A stretch of 64,000 nucleotides of DNA, from assembly GCF_964204645.1 (NCBI RefSeq), contig NC_134036.1:10333859-10397858 (forward strand), given 5' to 3'. The DNA is from Tubulanus polymorphus (lineage: Eukaryota; Animalia; Nemertea). Shown here piece after piece: positions 36,701-51,091 of the stretch (position 1 is the first letter of the stretch; each line of letters begins with the position of its first letter). The notes beneath the pieces were generated by a model that ran no database searches, was not told where the DNA came from, and was given only the letters and a program-made list of their open reading frames with translations. Both the position numbers and the translations under genes were made by a program.

Positions 36701-39700
36701 TCGGAGGGTGCGAGGCTGGTTGTGTATCGGGGGTGTATGGAGATGACTATTACAAAGGAAACACACCGTTCTGTTGGTCTCGAAATCATATACCGGGTAC
36801 CCGATATACCGGTATGCTATTTAAGTTTTATACAAGACCCAATAAGGACTGTCGTGCCCCGAATTCTCTGCTGGTGCTTGAGTCCCAGGTCTCAAATGGT
36901 CGTTCTATTTATCATGTGGAATGGCATGCAATGGGCTATAACACATTGAAAACCCAATATTCGAGGGACTGTGTGTGTATGTGTGTTTGTAATGGTCCTA
37001 TGGATCAGTTTCGTATAAAAACATGACCGACTAATACTGTATCAGATTATTGTGGAGTATATATTTGTTACGAAAGCGTCGACTTATTTCGCAATATCCG
37101 AGTCTAAATTCATTTATTTGTCTGTCCATTAATAAATCAGCCATACCTTTTTCATCAAAATGAACAATACATGAAACAGCATATTTGTATAACAAAATCG
37201 TCAACCGGTCGCATAACGAAGGCCTGGTAGGATCCCTTATGAAAATGGTACACGTGTATTTAGCTAAATGCACGTGTAATATGAAATTACACGTGTACTT
37301 TTGACGTGTATTTTTAAATACACGTGTAACTTAGGACGTGTATTTTAAAAACACGTGTAAATTCATATGTGGCTTCTGAAATACACGTGCAATCTGGATG
37401 CATGTACTAGGCTTAAAAAATTATACATGTACCTTGTTTCTCATAATTGGTCACTTTTGTAAACTGCAATTAAATTTGTAATTACATCATTTAGCTTCAC
37501 ATGATTTTATTAAAAGTAAGATTGTGCATGTAATGTTCGAGGAATTGAAGGAATCTCCTGTCTTTTTAATTGTTTGATCCTCATTTAGTAGTTTTTTCCA
37601 GGATGCCGTGTCAAAAAAGTCATGTTGTTTGTCCTGTATTGACTAGATTGGATCCTGTATGAATGAAGCACATGTCTTTGTTGCCCCTTGAATAAATCCA
37701 AAAACTGTTTCACAAAAATCATGATCTGAACAAAAAATTTTGGATATTTTTCATTTATTATCAAGATAACTAGAGGCTTAGGGGACTGCCCAAGCCCCGA
37801 ATTACAATGTTATTTATGAAAAATGTTGAATATATTGCTGTCACCAGCTCGAAGTCTTCTGCTTTCCTTGTAGGCCCATTCATTAATTTTGCTAGCTAGC
37901 TCTTCTTAGCCGAGGAGTCTTTTCAGTTGTTCATTAACGGGCATGTACACAAAAAATGTCCTTTTTCCTCTAATGTTGCCTTATCATACTGTATAACACA
38001 TAATGAACATTTGTATCATACCTGCAGTTTTTTGAATAATGTCTTATATACAGGGCAGTAATATTTGTTCACCTCCGGACATAGAGAAAATCTTTTGAAA
38101 ATAGGCTAATTAGAACTGCGTAGAACCGCTTCTCAGTAACAGTAAATTCAACTGATCCAACAATCCAGTCAAAACAGTTGATGTGGATCCAGCTTTGAGG
38201 GAGAACACCATAATAGTAGTAACAGCCCCACGATGGTTCACCTCAGCATTTGTGTGGAGAGGATCATCTATTTCCATCAATGAGCTGTGGCTGCAAAACA
38301 GATTAAACATTTTTGTGATTGGTCAAGTTCATATCGGATGAGTAGATTGGCAATTAAGATTGCATTTTTAGTCATAAGGCACTGTATTACTAACTTACGT
38401 TGTCATAACCATTGTCTGCATTATTGGTGGATTGTGGCCATTTTCAATTCTTAAATCTTCCAGGAATCCAGATTCTCAAAATCCACTTCTTGAAAAATCG
38501 AAATGTCCATCATTTAGCAACATATTACCATCTACAAAACAAAAAGTAATTTGAGATTAAATTATTCCCAAATAGAACCCATATAGAACTTAAGGCTACA
38601 GTAGGCCTATACGACGTAGGTTGATTTCCAGCTAGCGATTTTGTAGCCTATTGTTGCGATGAACAGTAAACCTCATGCATAACATACCAGATCGGACCTG
38701 GATAAAAAGATCAACTAACAACATTAACATTAAACTAAACAATTGACCTATGCAATCGCATAATTCTCCATGTCTCTTGTTTGTCCTGTCAACTTTATTG
38801 AACTGTCAAACCAATAATATACATGTTTATTGATATTGATAAGGACCAATAAAGTCAATTCGATTTGCTTACATTTAAAATGATCTTACCTTCAAATGTT
38901 TAACATGTAGGCCTACTCGCGTATTTTAACTGGCCTTTTTACTTGCAATTTCTTTTTCAAACTCCATGCTTGCAAAAGACGAATTCGGTTGGTGTATATC
39001 GATATTTACGGGTAATTTTCCACTAAAAAGCGCATCTTTGTGTTATTTGTCTTCCATTTTGGAACACTACCAAAATGAAACCCTCACTGACGAACTGACG
39101 AGCTCTAGATAAATGGTTTTCATGAACAGAAAAACAACCTAGACAAAATAATCTCATCTAAATGTTGAATTAAATAGTTAGAGGCCTTATTCATGCACCT
39201 TTTTGTCTATTTTTATAATACAGCGTATATTAAAATGAGCGTCATTTCTTCACTGAATCGTTATTTTCAATTTACTTAATTGATTTTGCCTTAGCTTCAT
39301 AATAACCCTTAGTATAAGTAATTTTTGCTAATTAAATATCACTTAACACGATTATTTTTTAATTCTAATAGAACTAAAATGCAGACATAAAACTTATTAA
39401 TAATTAAATAATTTATTTCAATTAAACTCCCAAGCACCCCTGCGCGGTGGCAGCCATATTGCCATTGTTAAGCAACACGTTTTCTCAGGTTTTCACGATC
39501 TATTCTATTCTCATAATGATTGCAAAACGCAATAATGGATGACAATCAGTCCATAAAAGGGGATCATTGACAACTGGGCCGAAAGTGACACTGCTTCTTT
39601 GTTTGAGGTCAAACACATAGTGGATCATTGAATGGATCATTGAATTAGATTCATTAGAATGGAATGGAAGTGGAAGAACAAAAAAGTCGAAGGCCATTTA

Positions 39701-40985
39701 TTATTATCCCGCGTATAAAGGACGCGTTGTGGATTGTTCAGGTATGATTATTGTTATGTAGTAAAGTAAAGGTTTATAGGTCACTAAAAGAATATGTTTA
39801 TTTGAATGAAAAGCAACATGACCTAGTATTGAATTGAATTTGAATTAGTTAGCATAGTATTAGTAGGCCTTAAATGATTGAATGTCCAGTGAAAAAATTG
39901 TAAATGATCATTCCAATTGTGAGGGATAAAAATGGAGTGTCTTTGGTGTTTATGCATCCAATCTAAAAACTGCAGGGTCATTTAGATTTTGTTGTGCGCC
40001 CATCATCGCCATTAAACTTGTATGCTGGACATGAAATTAGGTCGCTGTCGGAGTTTCGACTGGGGGCAAAAACGACGTTAGTGCAATCAATTCTTGACCA
40101 TTTTTTTTCAAACTTTATAGGGTCTACACCAATAAGAATTGATCCAAGGACAGACACTATAAAATTGGAATTCACGTTTTTTTGGCTTAAAAATGTGTCC
40201 ACTGGGGGATTGTTGGAAAACGATGTTAGCGCGAGAGAGCCTTCAATTCTCCACTGATTTCTCAACAACGACAGCGTGATGAAAATCAGGTATTTACATT
40301 ATATATTATATGAGCGTCGGAATGGTTTTAGTAAAGATTATAGCGTAAGCATTGTAAATTCTTCTCATTTTAGGATGCCTACTCACTATTGGATGATACA
40401 ACAGCTGCTGCCATACGCTGATTAGTCGGAAAACCTAATACTGTTGGGTGCATGCATGCTGTTGTCCACTCATTTAAAAGAAGAACTAATTGTCAAGGCA
40501 TTGGACTGGATGTGACGCAATGAAAGTCTTCCATGAGGAAAAAAGTTGGACCCAAACCGGGTCAGCTAAATAATACGTAAGTACATGAATTCAATATATA
40601 ATGGCTAGCATTCATTTGTTGTTGTTTTACAGGGGCGGATCCAAGCTGGAAGAACGAGGGTTCAGCTCTTATGAAAAGGGCACTAGTCAATACAGGTCTC
40701 CCTGTGTGAAACGGTTGTATGGGGTTTGTGCACTTTGATCATAGGGTGGAATTTTTCACCTGTGATTCAAAAGGGCACTTGGTCAGAAAAGGGGAGGGTT
40801 TAACGTTTAATATGGCGCTCAAGGCGCACAATCACTGTGGCCTGATGCGTTGGGTGATTCAGTCGCAGGATGTGTTGGATTCGGGCGATTCAGTCGGCGC
40901 AGACCCTGACAAACTAGGTGATTTTACCGACGATTTTGTTGCACAACTTAAGTGCTCGACGAAATTGCCTAATGTGTCCCCAGCT

Positions 40986-41790
40986 TTAGCCCATTTGAGA
41001 CGTAAGTCCAAACAAACGGGCTATTGCATTCACCCTTTGTTCGTCTGTAGATGGAATCCAGTATTTTGGGAAGTTTTAATACTCTTGATATTTAAGTTAC
41101 ACACATAGCTATCCTAGACATGTCTTCAGCCCAAAACTGGTCCGAATCAAGATGGCCAACTGCATTGGCCATTTTCGTTCCCCAAAATCATCACTTATGC
41201 AATTTTTTGAAGTTTTCAAAGGAGATTTTGAAGATGAAGATGGCCATCTTGACACAAGATGGCCATCATGTGACCTTTTTTGTACCCAAAAAGGTCATTT
41301 TTGCCTTGTAGCTGCCTAATGGTTTGCAATTTTTCTTTGAAATTTGAGATGGGTATACATTTCTTAACAATCTGAAACATACGAGACAGATTTTTCGATC
41401 AGTCAAGCATGACACATTTGGCAGCCATCTTGGTGTCATCAGTTCTCATTCGTAGATAGAAGAAGGTTTTTGAAGGAAAATATCGACAGGTTTTGACTTA
41501 TAGTCTTGATATTTGATAATTGTTACCACTGTTGTAGTATTCACCTCATGTGGAATTGGGGTTACCCAGGTTTTTGTTCTCACCACCAGGGGGAGTTGAG
41601 TATTGAATTATATTCAATTTGTCTAATTTATTTTTGTACCTATGAATACATTATAACATCGATCAATTGTAAAATTGTAGCTTGTGACATGTTCTATGAT
41701 TGTGGTGAGTTTCAATGTCCTGTTTCTATTTCATTATGTTGATTGTTTAGCATTCGTAACCATACGGGCATGGTGTCCCTAGACCCCTTG
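40986..41790 (+). mobile_element. Degenerate Helentron-like copy nested in the EnSpm-like element
   Basis: GGGCTATTGCATTCAC, core CAAGATGGCC, end GGGCATGGTGTCCCTAGACCCCTTGTT. Confidence 0.7.
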
Positions 41791-42229
41791 TTTTTCATCA
41801 GGTGGCGTTGAACATTGAAATTTCCAGATTGTCAAGCATTTCACCATATGGCTTAAAATCAAGTCATTAAGAGTGAAAAAACTTAGCTGTTATATGCAGA
41901 AGACTGTTAGAAAAAGCTATATAATGTAATCATCATCCCAAGCAGCTGAAGTTGATTTATTTATCCTCGTAAAGAAATCATTGTATACTTTTGCTTAATT
42001 TTTTTCAAATGGTTATCATTTCAGAACAATGTCGAAAGGAGAAGGGTGCAAAAGAGGCCAACATAAGACATGCAATTACTCAAAAATTTATAAAATTTAT
42101 GAAGATGAATAAATCAGTTAGTATGGAAAATGTGAATCTCTTGAGTGTTCATTCTAAACAGCACATAGATTAAGGAGATTTCCTCACATGGTGGTTTGAT
42201 TTGAATTCAACAAAAAATGGCAATCAAAG

Positions 42230-42700
42230 ACACATGTATTTAGCATGAAGTACACGTGTAAGACACGTGTAATATTGGATGAAATACACGTGTAATTAGG
42301 ATAAAGTACACGTGCAACACTGGATGAAATACACGTGTAATTAGGATGAAGTACACGTGTAATTGGGATAAAGTACATGTGTAATACAGGATGAAATACA
42401 CGTGTAATAAGGATGAACTACACGTGTAGTTAGGATGAAGTACACGTTTAATTTGGATGAAGTACACATGTAATACACGTGTAATTAGGATAAAGTACAT
42501 GTGTAATACAGGATGAAATACACGTGTAATAAGGATGAATTACACGTGTAGTTAGGATGAAGTACACGTGTAATTTGGATGAAGTACACGTGTAATACAC
42601 GTGTAATTAGGATGAAGTACACGTGTAATTGGGATAAAGTACACGTGTAAAATTGGGCCAATTTTACACGTGTATTTTCATTTACAATTACACGTGTACC
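42230..42700. repeat. ~22-bp minisatellite (TACACGTGTAATTAGGATGAAG)n
   Basis: About 20 units with a palindromic CACGTG core. Confidence 0.9.
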
Positions 42701-44227
42701 ATTTTCGTAAGATGAATCTGGCTCGATGATATCGATATTATATTGATATTGATGATATTGCACTTATTTTAAGGGATTTCTGCCACTTTCATCTAATTTA
42801 AAGCTATCTACGGATACATGATCCTATCAACAAATCATATTATTAGAGAGCATTACTTCAATATTTGCACTTTTTGCACATATCCAGATGTTAAAATTTA
42901 ACGAAAAATGAAAGGCAATAATGTACTCACAATAATTGTTGCATTTCTCCATTGCACACAGTAAAATTGTGTAAATTTGTTGGAAAAAATAATGTTTAAT
43001 CATTATATGTTAATACACTACCCATGGTTACTGGTTTTAAACTGACAAGTCCCCTTGAATCAGTAAAAAGTATCAACTGTGAGCACTGTTAGTACTGTGA
43101 GCATTTGGCCTCTAGAATTGTTCCAGACTGTATTACAAAATCAGCGATGAATGAATCAAAACTGCAATGGAATCACGTTGCAGCCAATTCGGTACCGTCA
43201 CAAAAATAGAGCGGCTACCCAGATTTCCTGGATCCAGATACCTGCACGTTCGATATAGTCAAATTTTCTTAAAATGGGTGAAAAAACAAATTAATCCGAC
43301 TGATCCAGCATCTATTTTGGCTTCAAGCTGGGATAGACCGATTCGAATTGAGCAAGCTTTGATACGAACGATGACCAATGAAAAACGAAATAGAAGAAAA
43401 AGAAAGCAGAAAAGTTACGATCTAAATAATTATCACTCCATTTAATTGCAAAATAATATTTCCGTATAAAATATGGCCTCAAACAATGAAACAGCATCAG
43501 GATAAAGGGGTAACACTAAAGTATATAGGCTACATATATCTGCATGACACAACTCCAAAATGAGATACAATTGGGATGCAGATTTTCGGATGCAGTTCCG
43601 GCCGCACCTTTAAAGCATTTGCGTGACGGAACGGCCAATCGGCGCGCACCATTGTATGCCAACGTCACGATATGATTTTTCTTACGTGACAAATTTAGCC
43701 TCTACTAACAATTTGTGAATTCTCAGCAATCTTGCATTATGTGTCAGCGGCATTTTATTTAGATTACCCAAGCCCAGAATTAACTAGTTCATCATTAATC
43801 ATTTCGTTGGTCTAAGGATCTCTAAGGCTAAGATAATGATACCATCTTTCCTTTTAAATTGGCCGAGTAATTTTGTAAACTGCAATAGAATATGTATTCT
43901 GTTCATTTCTATAGCTGCCGGGGGTGTTATGGTTAGCTTGATGATGATTTAACGGAAATTTAATATTTTTTTTTAAATAAAAAATTTTAGGTGTGAAAGG
44001 GTTAAAGACCCAAAGGGATTACGGGGACAGGCCCAAAAAATCGGTCTGAAAGGAAAAGTCATTTTCATAAAGGGAAAGCAATACATCGACTAACTGAAGT
44101 GATACATCGTCTCTTCAGGTGGTTTTATACCGATTTGACTTTCATTGGTAGCTCAAAAACATGTCCTTCTACTAGGGCCCGATTTGCAGGTCTCATATGT
44201 AAGTCCCGTTAAGTGGGCGTTTTTAAG

Positions 44228-44233
44228 TATATA

Positions 44234-44325
<92 letters not shown>

Positions 44326-45132
44326 CATACATACATACATACATACATACATACATACATACATACATACATACATACATACATACATACATACATACAT
44401 ACATACATACATACATACATACATACATACATACATACATACATACATACATACATACATACATACATACATACATACATACATACATACATACATACAT
44501 ACATACATACATACATACATACATACATACATACATACATACATACATACATACATACATACATACATACATACATACATACATACATACATACATACAT
44601 ACATACATACATACATACATACATACATACATACATACATACATACATACATACATACATACATACATACATACATACATACATACATACATACATACAT
44701 ACATACATACATACATACATACATACATACATACATACATACATACATACATACATACATACATACATACATACATACATACATACATACATACATACAT
44801 ACATACATACATACATACATACATACATACATACATACATACATACATACATACATACATACATACATACATACATACATACATACATACATACATACAT
44901 ACATACATACATACATACATACATACATACATACATACATACATACATACATACATACATACATACATACATACATACATACATACATACATACATACAT
45001 ACATACATACATACATACATACATACATACATACATACATACATACATACATACATACATACATACATACATACATACATACATACATACATACATACAT
45101 ACATACATACATACATACATACATACATACAT
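44228..45132. repeat. Compound microsatellite (TA)~45(TACA)~200
   Basis: Direct reading; uninterrupted TACA run of ~810 bp. Confidence 0.98.
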
Positions 45133-46475
45133 TTTCACTACATAACTTTTCACTATCTGATTCATAAGTCCCAGGCTTCATTTCAAGATTGAAAGTTGTA
45201 CTGTCACAAACCTGATTCCAGGATCTACTATACCTGTACCCTCTAGTATCCCAATCTCTATATTTCAAGCCCATCAGATTAATCATCTCGTCAATCATCC
45301 CTACTCTGCATACCTTATATTGGTACACCGTAACACTTACACAGTTCTCAAACCCGCAGGTAAACCACCTTCGGCTCCACCTGTTGCGTTCATTGATTAG
45401 TCAAAAAAAACTTCATGTGTACTGCATTTATGATATCACTGGACTCTAGTACCTAATAGGTGTATTGACTAAAAGACTATTAGCTCATATTTTATTTTGG
45501 TGTATATTAGTATAACTGGTCCACACAGTTACTCACTATTCTTATTTCATTGTTTGTATGTTAATCCTAATGTATCTAATCCATTGTATTATCCTTTCGT
45601 CATGACTATTTATATCTCGCCTCATATAATTTTGATATGTATGCCATCTACTCATAACGTTTGTAACATATCTATTTACTTTTTTATTTTCTGGAATACT
45701 TTTTCAAGTATTCGCTAGAATTAACTTTTATAGTATAAAGTAAATTCTAACCGGAGTGTGGGAGAGTATTATCAGAGGAAAGGCCGGTTTCCATTAACCA
45801 TTATATTAGGCCTCAAAATGTGATTTAGTATTTTATTATTTCAAAATTAGTTATATTTTATTCCTCAAATATCAACAATTATCATGTCAGAAGGGCCATT
45901 CATTATTCACACCTTAGACCATCATTTCACGTTTTGTACATTATTCATAATCGTTACCAAGTATAGACAGTGTCAACCTGTTTGAGAATTAAACCTTTGT
46001 TTCTTACTTTTCACACTGGACGCTCTGTCTCCAGTCACCATTAATTAGTAATATCATGTTATTCAACTAATTGTTAGTATCTCACAGGTCTACCAGCTTT
46101 TTTTGCACCTGTTGAGCATGCTCAATCTGTTTCTGCCTAGACGGTTACTATGTACAATTAGCAGATCAATCTATTGTTTTGAGAAGTTGGACTTAGTTTT
46201 GACCAATCAACGAGTGTTGTTTGTTTGTTGACCCGCCCCTTGGTGATGGGCCAGCTGAGTATCTTGAGAAGGAAAATCAAACATTCTGACTCAGGACGTC
46301 AGCAAATAAACAACTCTCTACGTCAAAACTTTATTTGTATTTAACTCATCTTTTTAAGGTTCTACCATCGATAGTTCCCCCACTCCATTAACGGCATAAA
46401 CTTCGTTAATACTTCTATAAGTTCCGGTTTTTCCAGCTTCTATAACTTCCGGTTTTTCCAGCTTTTAACGATTAA

Positions 46476-47135
46476 CCGTTAAGAGACCCATGTTTACTAT
46501 GCGGTTTCGAAACGACCAACGACGCGACGGTTCACCGCCATGTAGCGTCTCCACATTATCGCGACGTCACTTCTAACCGCGATTCGCTATCGGGACTGAT
46601 TAGACGCCGGTCGAGACCAAGTTCATACGTGGTCGGGCCCTCTGCACAAGCGCTGTCGAGCCAGGCTTCAAAACGTTCGCCGGCTACAGAGTCGCCATTG
46701 ACCGAGCCACCCGAGAGAGTCGTCGCCGATATTGCGTCCGCCGTGCCAGCGACACCACCACGGATCGTTATGACAGAGCCGGCCGCGGCTCCGGTGCCTA
46801 CCGACGCGACTGAACCGATACTCGACTACGGAGATGTCCTAAAAATACCCGACATCGACGAGTTACTCCAGCTGTTGTTTCCTGGTCTGCCGTTGACCAA
46901 ATCTGTCTCGGCATCGCAGACTCCGGACTCGATGCCGCTTCGTCCAGAAACGTACAGGTTGATCCCCCTCGAGACATGCGAGTGTCTACCTGACCCGCGT
47001 CGTCGTATCGCAGTACACGAACATACGTTACTCAACAGTACCATCCGTATTGAACATCCGTCAGATGAGCTTCTTCCTTGTACATATTGCGAAATCGTGC
47101 GGGATGTTGTCCGCGCAGGAAAAACGTCTCTTTAA
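46476..47135 (+). other. Open frame with C2H2 zinc finger, Pro/Ala-rich linker and C-terminal Cys/His cluster, probably TE-borne
   Basis: Frame of ORF 46629-47135 is open back to 46476 and reads PCLLCGFETTNDATVHRHVASPH (C-x2-C-x12-H-x4-H); no ATG upstream of the finger. Confidence 0.45.
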
Positions 47136-48735
47136 ATTATTATGTGATACCATCTAGTGCTGATGAATTCTAACCTTTTTGTCGTTCGGGGCTAGAAGGG
47201 GCTTTGTAGCGTAACAGCGGGGGTTCTTTCTGCTACAGAGTCCAACTCCGGTCCCACCCTCTTTTAGAACTTGTTCGACCCTATTACCGGACTTTGAATG
47301 TAAACAATCCTGTCTTTTCCGTATTGTATATTCCGTGTTCCATTGCGTTCGCGGCCAAATGTATTATTTATCGGGCTTCCCCCGCTAGGTTCCGCTCGCG
47401 AGGGGAGTCTCAGGTATCTATTGTTGGAATTTCTTGACTCCGGGCCGGTTGCGGTTAACGTTTTGAATGGTTGGTTTATGGGGGTATTCATTCTGATTCC
47501 GTGAGGGTAAAACGCGTGGAGATTCGATTCTCCCCTTTTACCTTTTTATCGAGACAGGGGAAGGACCGGCGGTGTCGCGGACCTTCTCGTCTTCCCTCTC
47601 AACCTGACCGGAGTAGATTGCATGGGTCGACGAGTTGGAAGGGAAGCCGCCGTGTCCTGAACCGGTCCCGTTTGTTATTTCTATCTACTGTTTTGATGGG
47701 CCTAATTTATTGTTGTATATTATAAGAGCGTCCTATCGCTTTTCACCCTCGGTTCCGTCAGAGGGCGCCGTTATTAACTGTTTGTATTAAACATTGAAGC
47801 CAATCATGTGGTCGAACATCATTAGTTCCCGTATTATCGCGTTTTGCCCTCGGTCCCGTCCGAGGACACTTTGTATAATTGTTTGACGAAATCTTATCCT
47901 ATTGATCGCGTTTCGCACGCTTAAGATATATTGTAGATACTAGTAGAATTAGTCAAACTTTCAAGGAGTCTCCTCAGTTGATGGCTTCCTTTTTCATCAG
48001 ATAACATGACTCGGTGTATAGTATTGAAATAAGATTTATTATCCTTCATTTCCGTGTTTTATTTGAGATCTTGCAAGATCAGTCGTACTTTGAGGCTGTG
48101 GGACTGTGTGTCCTCTCGAGACCGTGTGTCTTTTGACTGTGTGTCACCAGCCCTGTATGTTATTAACACTCTATTTCATTTGATCATTGTTAATCTAATC
48201 ATCATAAAGTTATAATTGCATTATTTACATTAAGATATTAATTAAAGCCACTATCGTGGACATATCGAGATATACGTACATCTCTGAATTTCGTTCTTTG
48301 GGCTTTGGTCCGTTTCTCCGAGGCATTTCCAACCACTTCTGATTTCAACTTTTTCCTAGAATCCGTTCGACATTAGCGAACTTATGAAGCGACGTCCACT
48401 TTCCCCCTAGCCGTTCATGCTACCACGAGGAACTCGAGGGATCACGAGACCGGAAGCGTGCAAACCCGTTTCCCTGAGGACACTTTGTGTCGCGCTACGA
48501 CACAGGAGCGGACGCTGCGTGCCCGCTTATAATTCCCCCATTACGCTACAGTACTACGGTCATGTTAAAATGTTCCTCATTAGTTCCGCTGCATCGCTAA
48601 AACAAAACAAAATTGGATAGTTTCCTGTATTTGTTTTACATATTACATCACTAACAACGATAAACGTCCGTCGCCGACTGAAAAATTGAGTGTATTCAAT
48701 CTTAAGAATCAGCTAAACATGGCGTAACAGGCCCT

Positions 48736-49075
48736 GGGGCTTGTCACGCCATATCTGACAAGGCGTGTTACCCAGTTATTGTATAGTTATTGTATGTATA
48801 GTGTTTATATGGTATACTGACTTCAGTCTGTTCAGTGTGAATCATTCAGTTTTTATACTTGACTTACCCCTATAAACTGTACGTATAAAATATCTGTTTA
48901 CTGACCACAGTCAGTCCCAGCCACATTACTTTAATAAATGTACGTACGTTGTAATATTATACGTCTGGTGTCGTCGTTAGTTTTATGGGTTTAGTTCGAC
49001 CCTGGAGCTTGGATCCGAAAAGGAATTGGGTATTTCGGCCATGGAGTTTCATCCGTAAAGGGCGTAACAAGCCCC
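48736..49075. mobile_element. Short solo-LTR-like or TIR element
   Basis: GGGGCTTGTCACGCC ... GGCGTAACAAGCCCC inverted ends; internal TATAAA and AATAAA; no TSD. Confidence 0.4.
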
Positions 49076-49349
49076 GAGCAGAATGCAGATTATATATAAT
49101 TCACGCGGAACGAAGATATATGTTCGCGTCGAACGGACCACGTTATTTAGTCAGATACGACGTGTAAAACCTGAATGAGATAATTTCAAGTACCGGTATA
49201 TCAATGTGTAATGAATTTCTATTTATTCTAAACTTATTACCAAAGCAATTTTTGTATATTTTTACATATGAACAAAATAGAAACAACGATTTATAAACCT
49301 ATTTCTAAGACATACTGATTATTGTACTACTGATTGAACGAAAAATAAT

Positions 49350-49990
49350 CCAGGTCTTCTCACGCCATGTTTCAATTGAAGCTTGACACGCCATATTGGC
49401 TGCAGAACGTTTGGGGCCTGACACGCCATGTAGACGACAGCGTGGTTTTAAGGAGCTTCTTGAAACAACATTTGCCTTTTTTCTAAGTCTAAATGATTGA
49501 CAAACCTTAATATAGAATGATAAATCTTTGAATATTCATGATAATTAGTGACAATTGTTCATTTGTTTGTACGGAAAACGTTCGGTTCCTCTCACGCCAT
49601 GTCTCAATTGAAGCTATTCTGCAGACCGTTTGGGGCCTGACACGCCATCTAGAAGACAGCGTGATTTTAGGAGCTTTTTGAAACAATATTTGCCTTTTTT
49701 CTAAGTCTAAATGAAAGACAATCCAGGTAGAATGATAGATCTTTGAATATTTACGATAACATGTGACAATTATTCATTTGTTTGTACGGAAAACCGTTCG
49801 GTTCCTCTCACGCCATATTGACTGCAGAACATTTGGGGCCTGTAACGCCATGTAGAAGACAGCGTGGTTTTAGGAGCGATTGCGATTTTTCTAGCAGTAT
49901 TTGTTTTGTTTTCTAAGACTAATGATTATTATATCATGAAAAATACATAATAAATTGAAACTAAAGATATAATCAGTGACAATAAGTTGA
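49350..49990. repeat. Three ~220-bp tandem units with CACGCCAT motifs
   Basis: TCTCACGCCAT...TTTGGGGCCTG(AC/TA)ACGCCAT...GACAGCGTG repeats at ~49358, 49590 and 49806. Confidence 0.8.
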
Positions 49991-50030
49991 ATTCATCTAA
50001 TATTATGAATAATGTAATTCTCGCTGCAGC

Positions 50031-50561
50031 CGGATGCCTCTATCATAAAAGTCTGTTGATACGTATTTGGAGTCGCTACCGAAGCAACCTCTACACAGCT
50101 GCCCAGCGGTCCAACTACCGTCTTTAAGCCAGCAAAAAAGTCGTGATTAAAGAACCATCTACTATGCCATAGAAAATCAGCGTTTTTGTACAGAGGTAAA
50201 CTGAACTATGCATTTCTTGAATATAAGGCTACCAGACAATGAAAGCGATGTATTATTATTGCTTTTTATTTTTTTTCTGTTTTTTTTTTTTTGCTTTTGC
50301 TAGATATACTTATACTCGCATTTTAGTTCTAGCGATGAGGAAGATATCCCCGTCCCAAATATTCTTCCGAAACGATGTCGCCAAAAGCAACGTATGTCAG
50401 AGCGACAGTCTAAATTCCTGAAGGTGTTGGAGGACATGGAAGCATCTCGTCAACAGAGCCAGGAAAAATTTTTTGAGGAGATGAGAAAACAGAGAGAATT
50501 ATTGGAGGCATCAGAGCAGAAAAAACTTGAATTACTTAAGTGTCTAATTGACAAGGTGTAA
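50031..50561 (+). pseudogene. 3' exons of the probable Harbinger partner (Myb/SANT-type) gene
   Basis: Exon 50327-50561: SSDEEDIPVPNILPKRCRQK...EKFFEEMRKQRELLEASEQKKLELLKCLIDKV*, coiled-coil tail convergent with the transposase; the DNA-binding domain itself is not seen. Confidence 0.55.
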
Positions 50562-51091
50562 AACTTTAATATTGTCAGAAAGCTCTCGGAGTATGTTTTT
50601 ATAATTGCATATTCTTGATGCAGCTGTAAAGCTTAATAACATTATGTGCTTATCCAAATGTTGGGACATGTTGGTTCATTTGTTTATATACTGTTTGATA
50701 AAGCTATATCATTAGTGATTTTACTTTTTGTTAATAAATCATTTGTTAAATTTGCATACTTTGATTGTTTTCCTTAACTTCGAGCAGAAAGAATGTCATA
50801 TCACACGGCATTGGTCATCCTGTCATGTGGCATGAAAAACCTTTAACCATTTACTATTGCACCGATGCTATACTGGTACCTCACGTGTTGACTAAAGTGA
50901 ACAAAAGATTTTCTTAAAATGGAAAAAAATGTATTCTTGAAAATCAAAAATGACCTAGAGGATTCTTAGTAATGCAAGTAACATATGTATTTTCGGGTTT
51001 TTAAGATTTGATCAGGACAGACTGTGCTGCATTATAATTAATCTATCTAAACAGTTATGATCGTAAGTGAGCTGTGCGTAACCCAGCAATC

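Larger units (their letters stand above)
37234..42711. mobile_element. EnSpm/CACTA-like non-autonomous element with subterminal TACACGTGTA arrays and decayed divergent gene remnants
   Basis: CCCTTATGAAAATGGTACACGTGTA ... TACACGTGTACCATTTTCGTAAG; motif arrays at both ends; AT on both flanks; exon-like segments at 37500-38535 (-) and 39977-40290 (+). Confidence 0.7.

Noticed and set aside
42184-42763. ORFs with LHVYFIL repeats
   Set aside because: Translation of the 22-bp minisatellite
44145-45328. Long ORFs of YIHT/MYVC repeats
   Set aside because: Translation of a microsatellite
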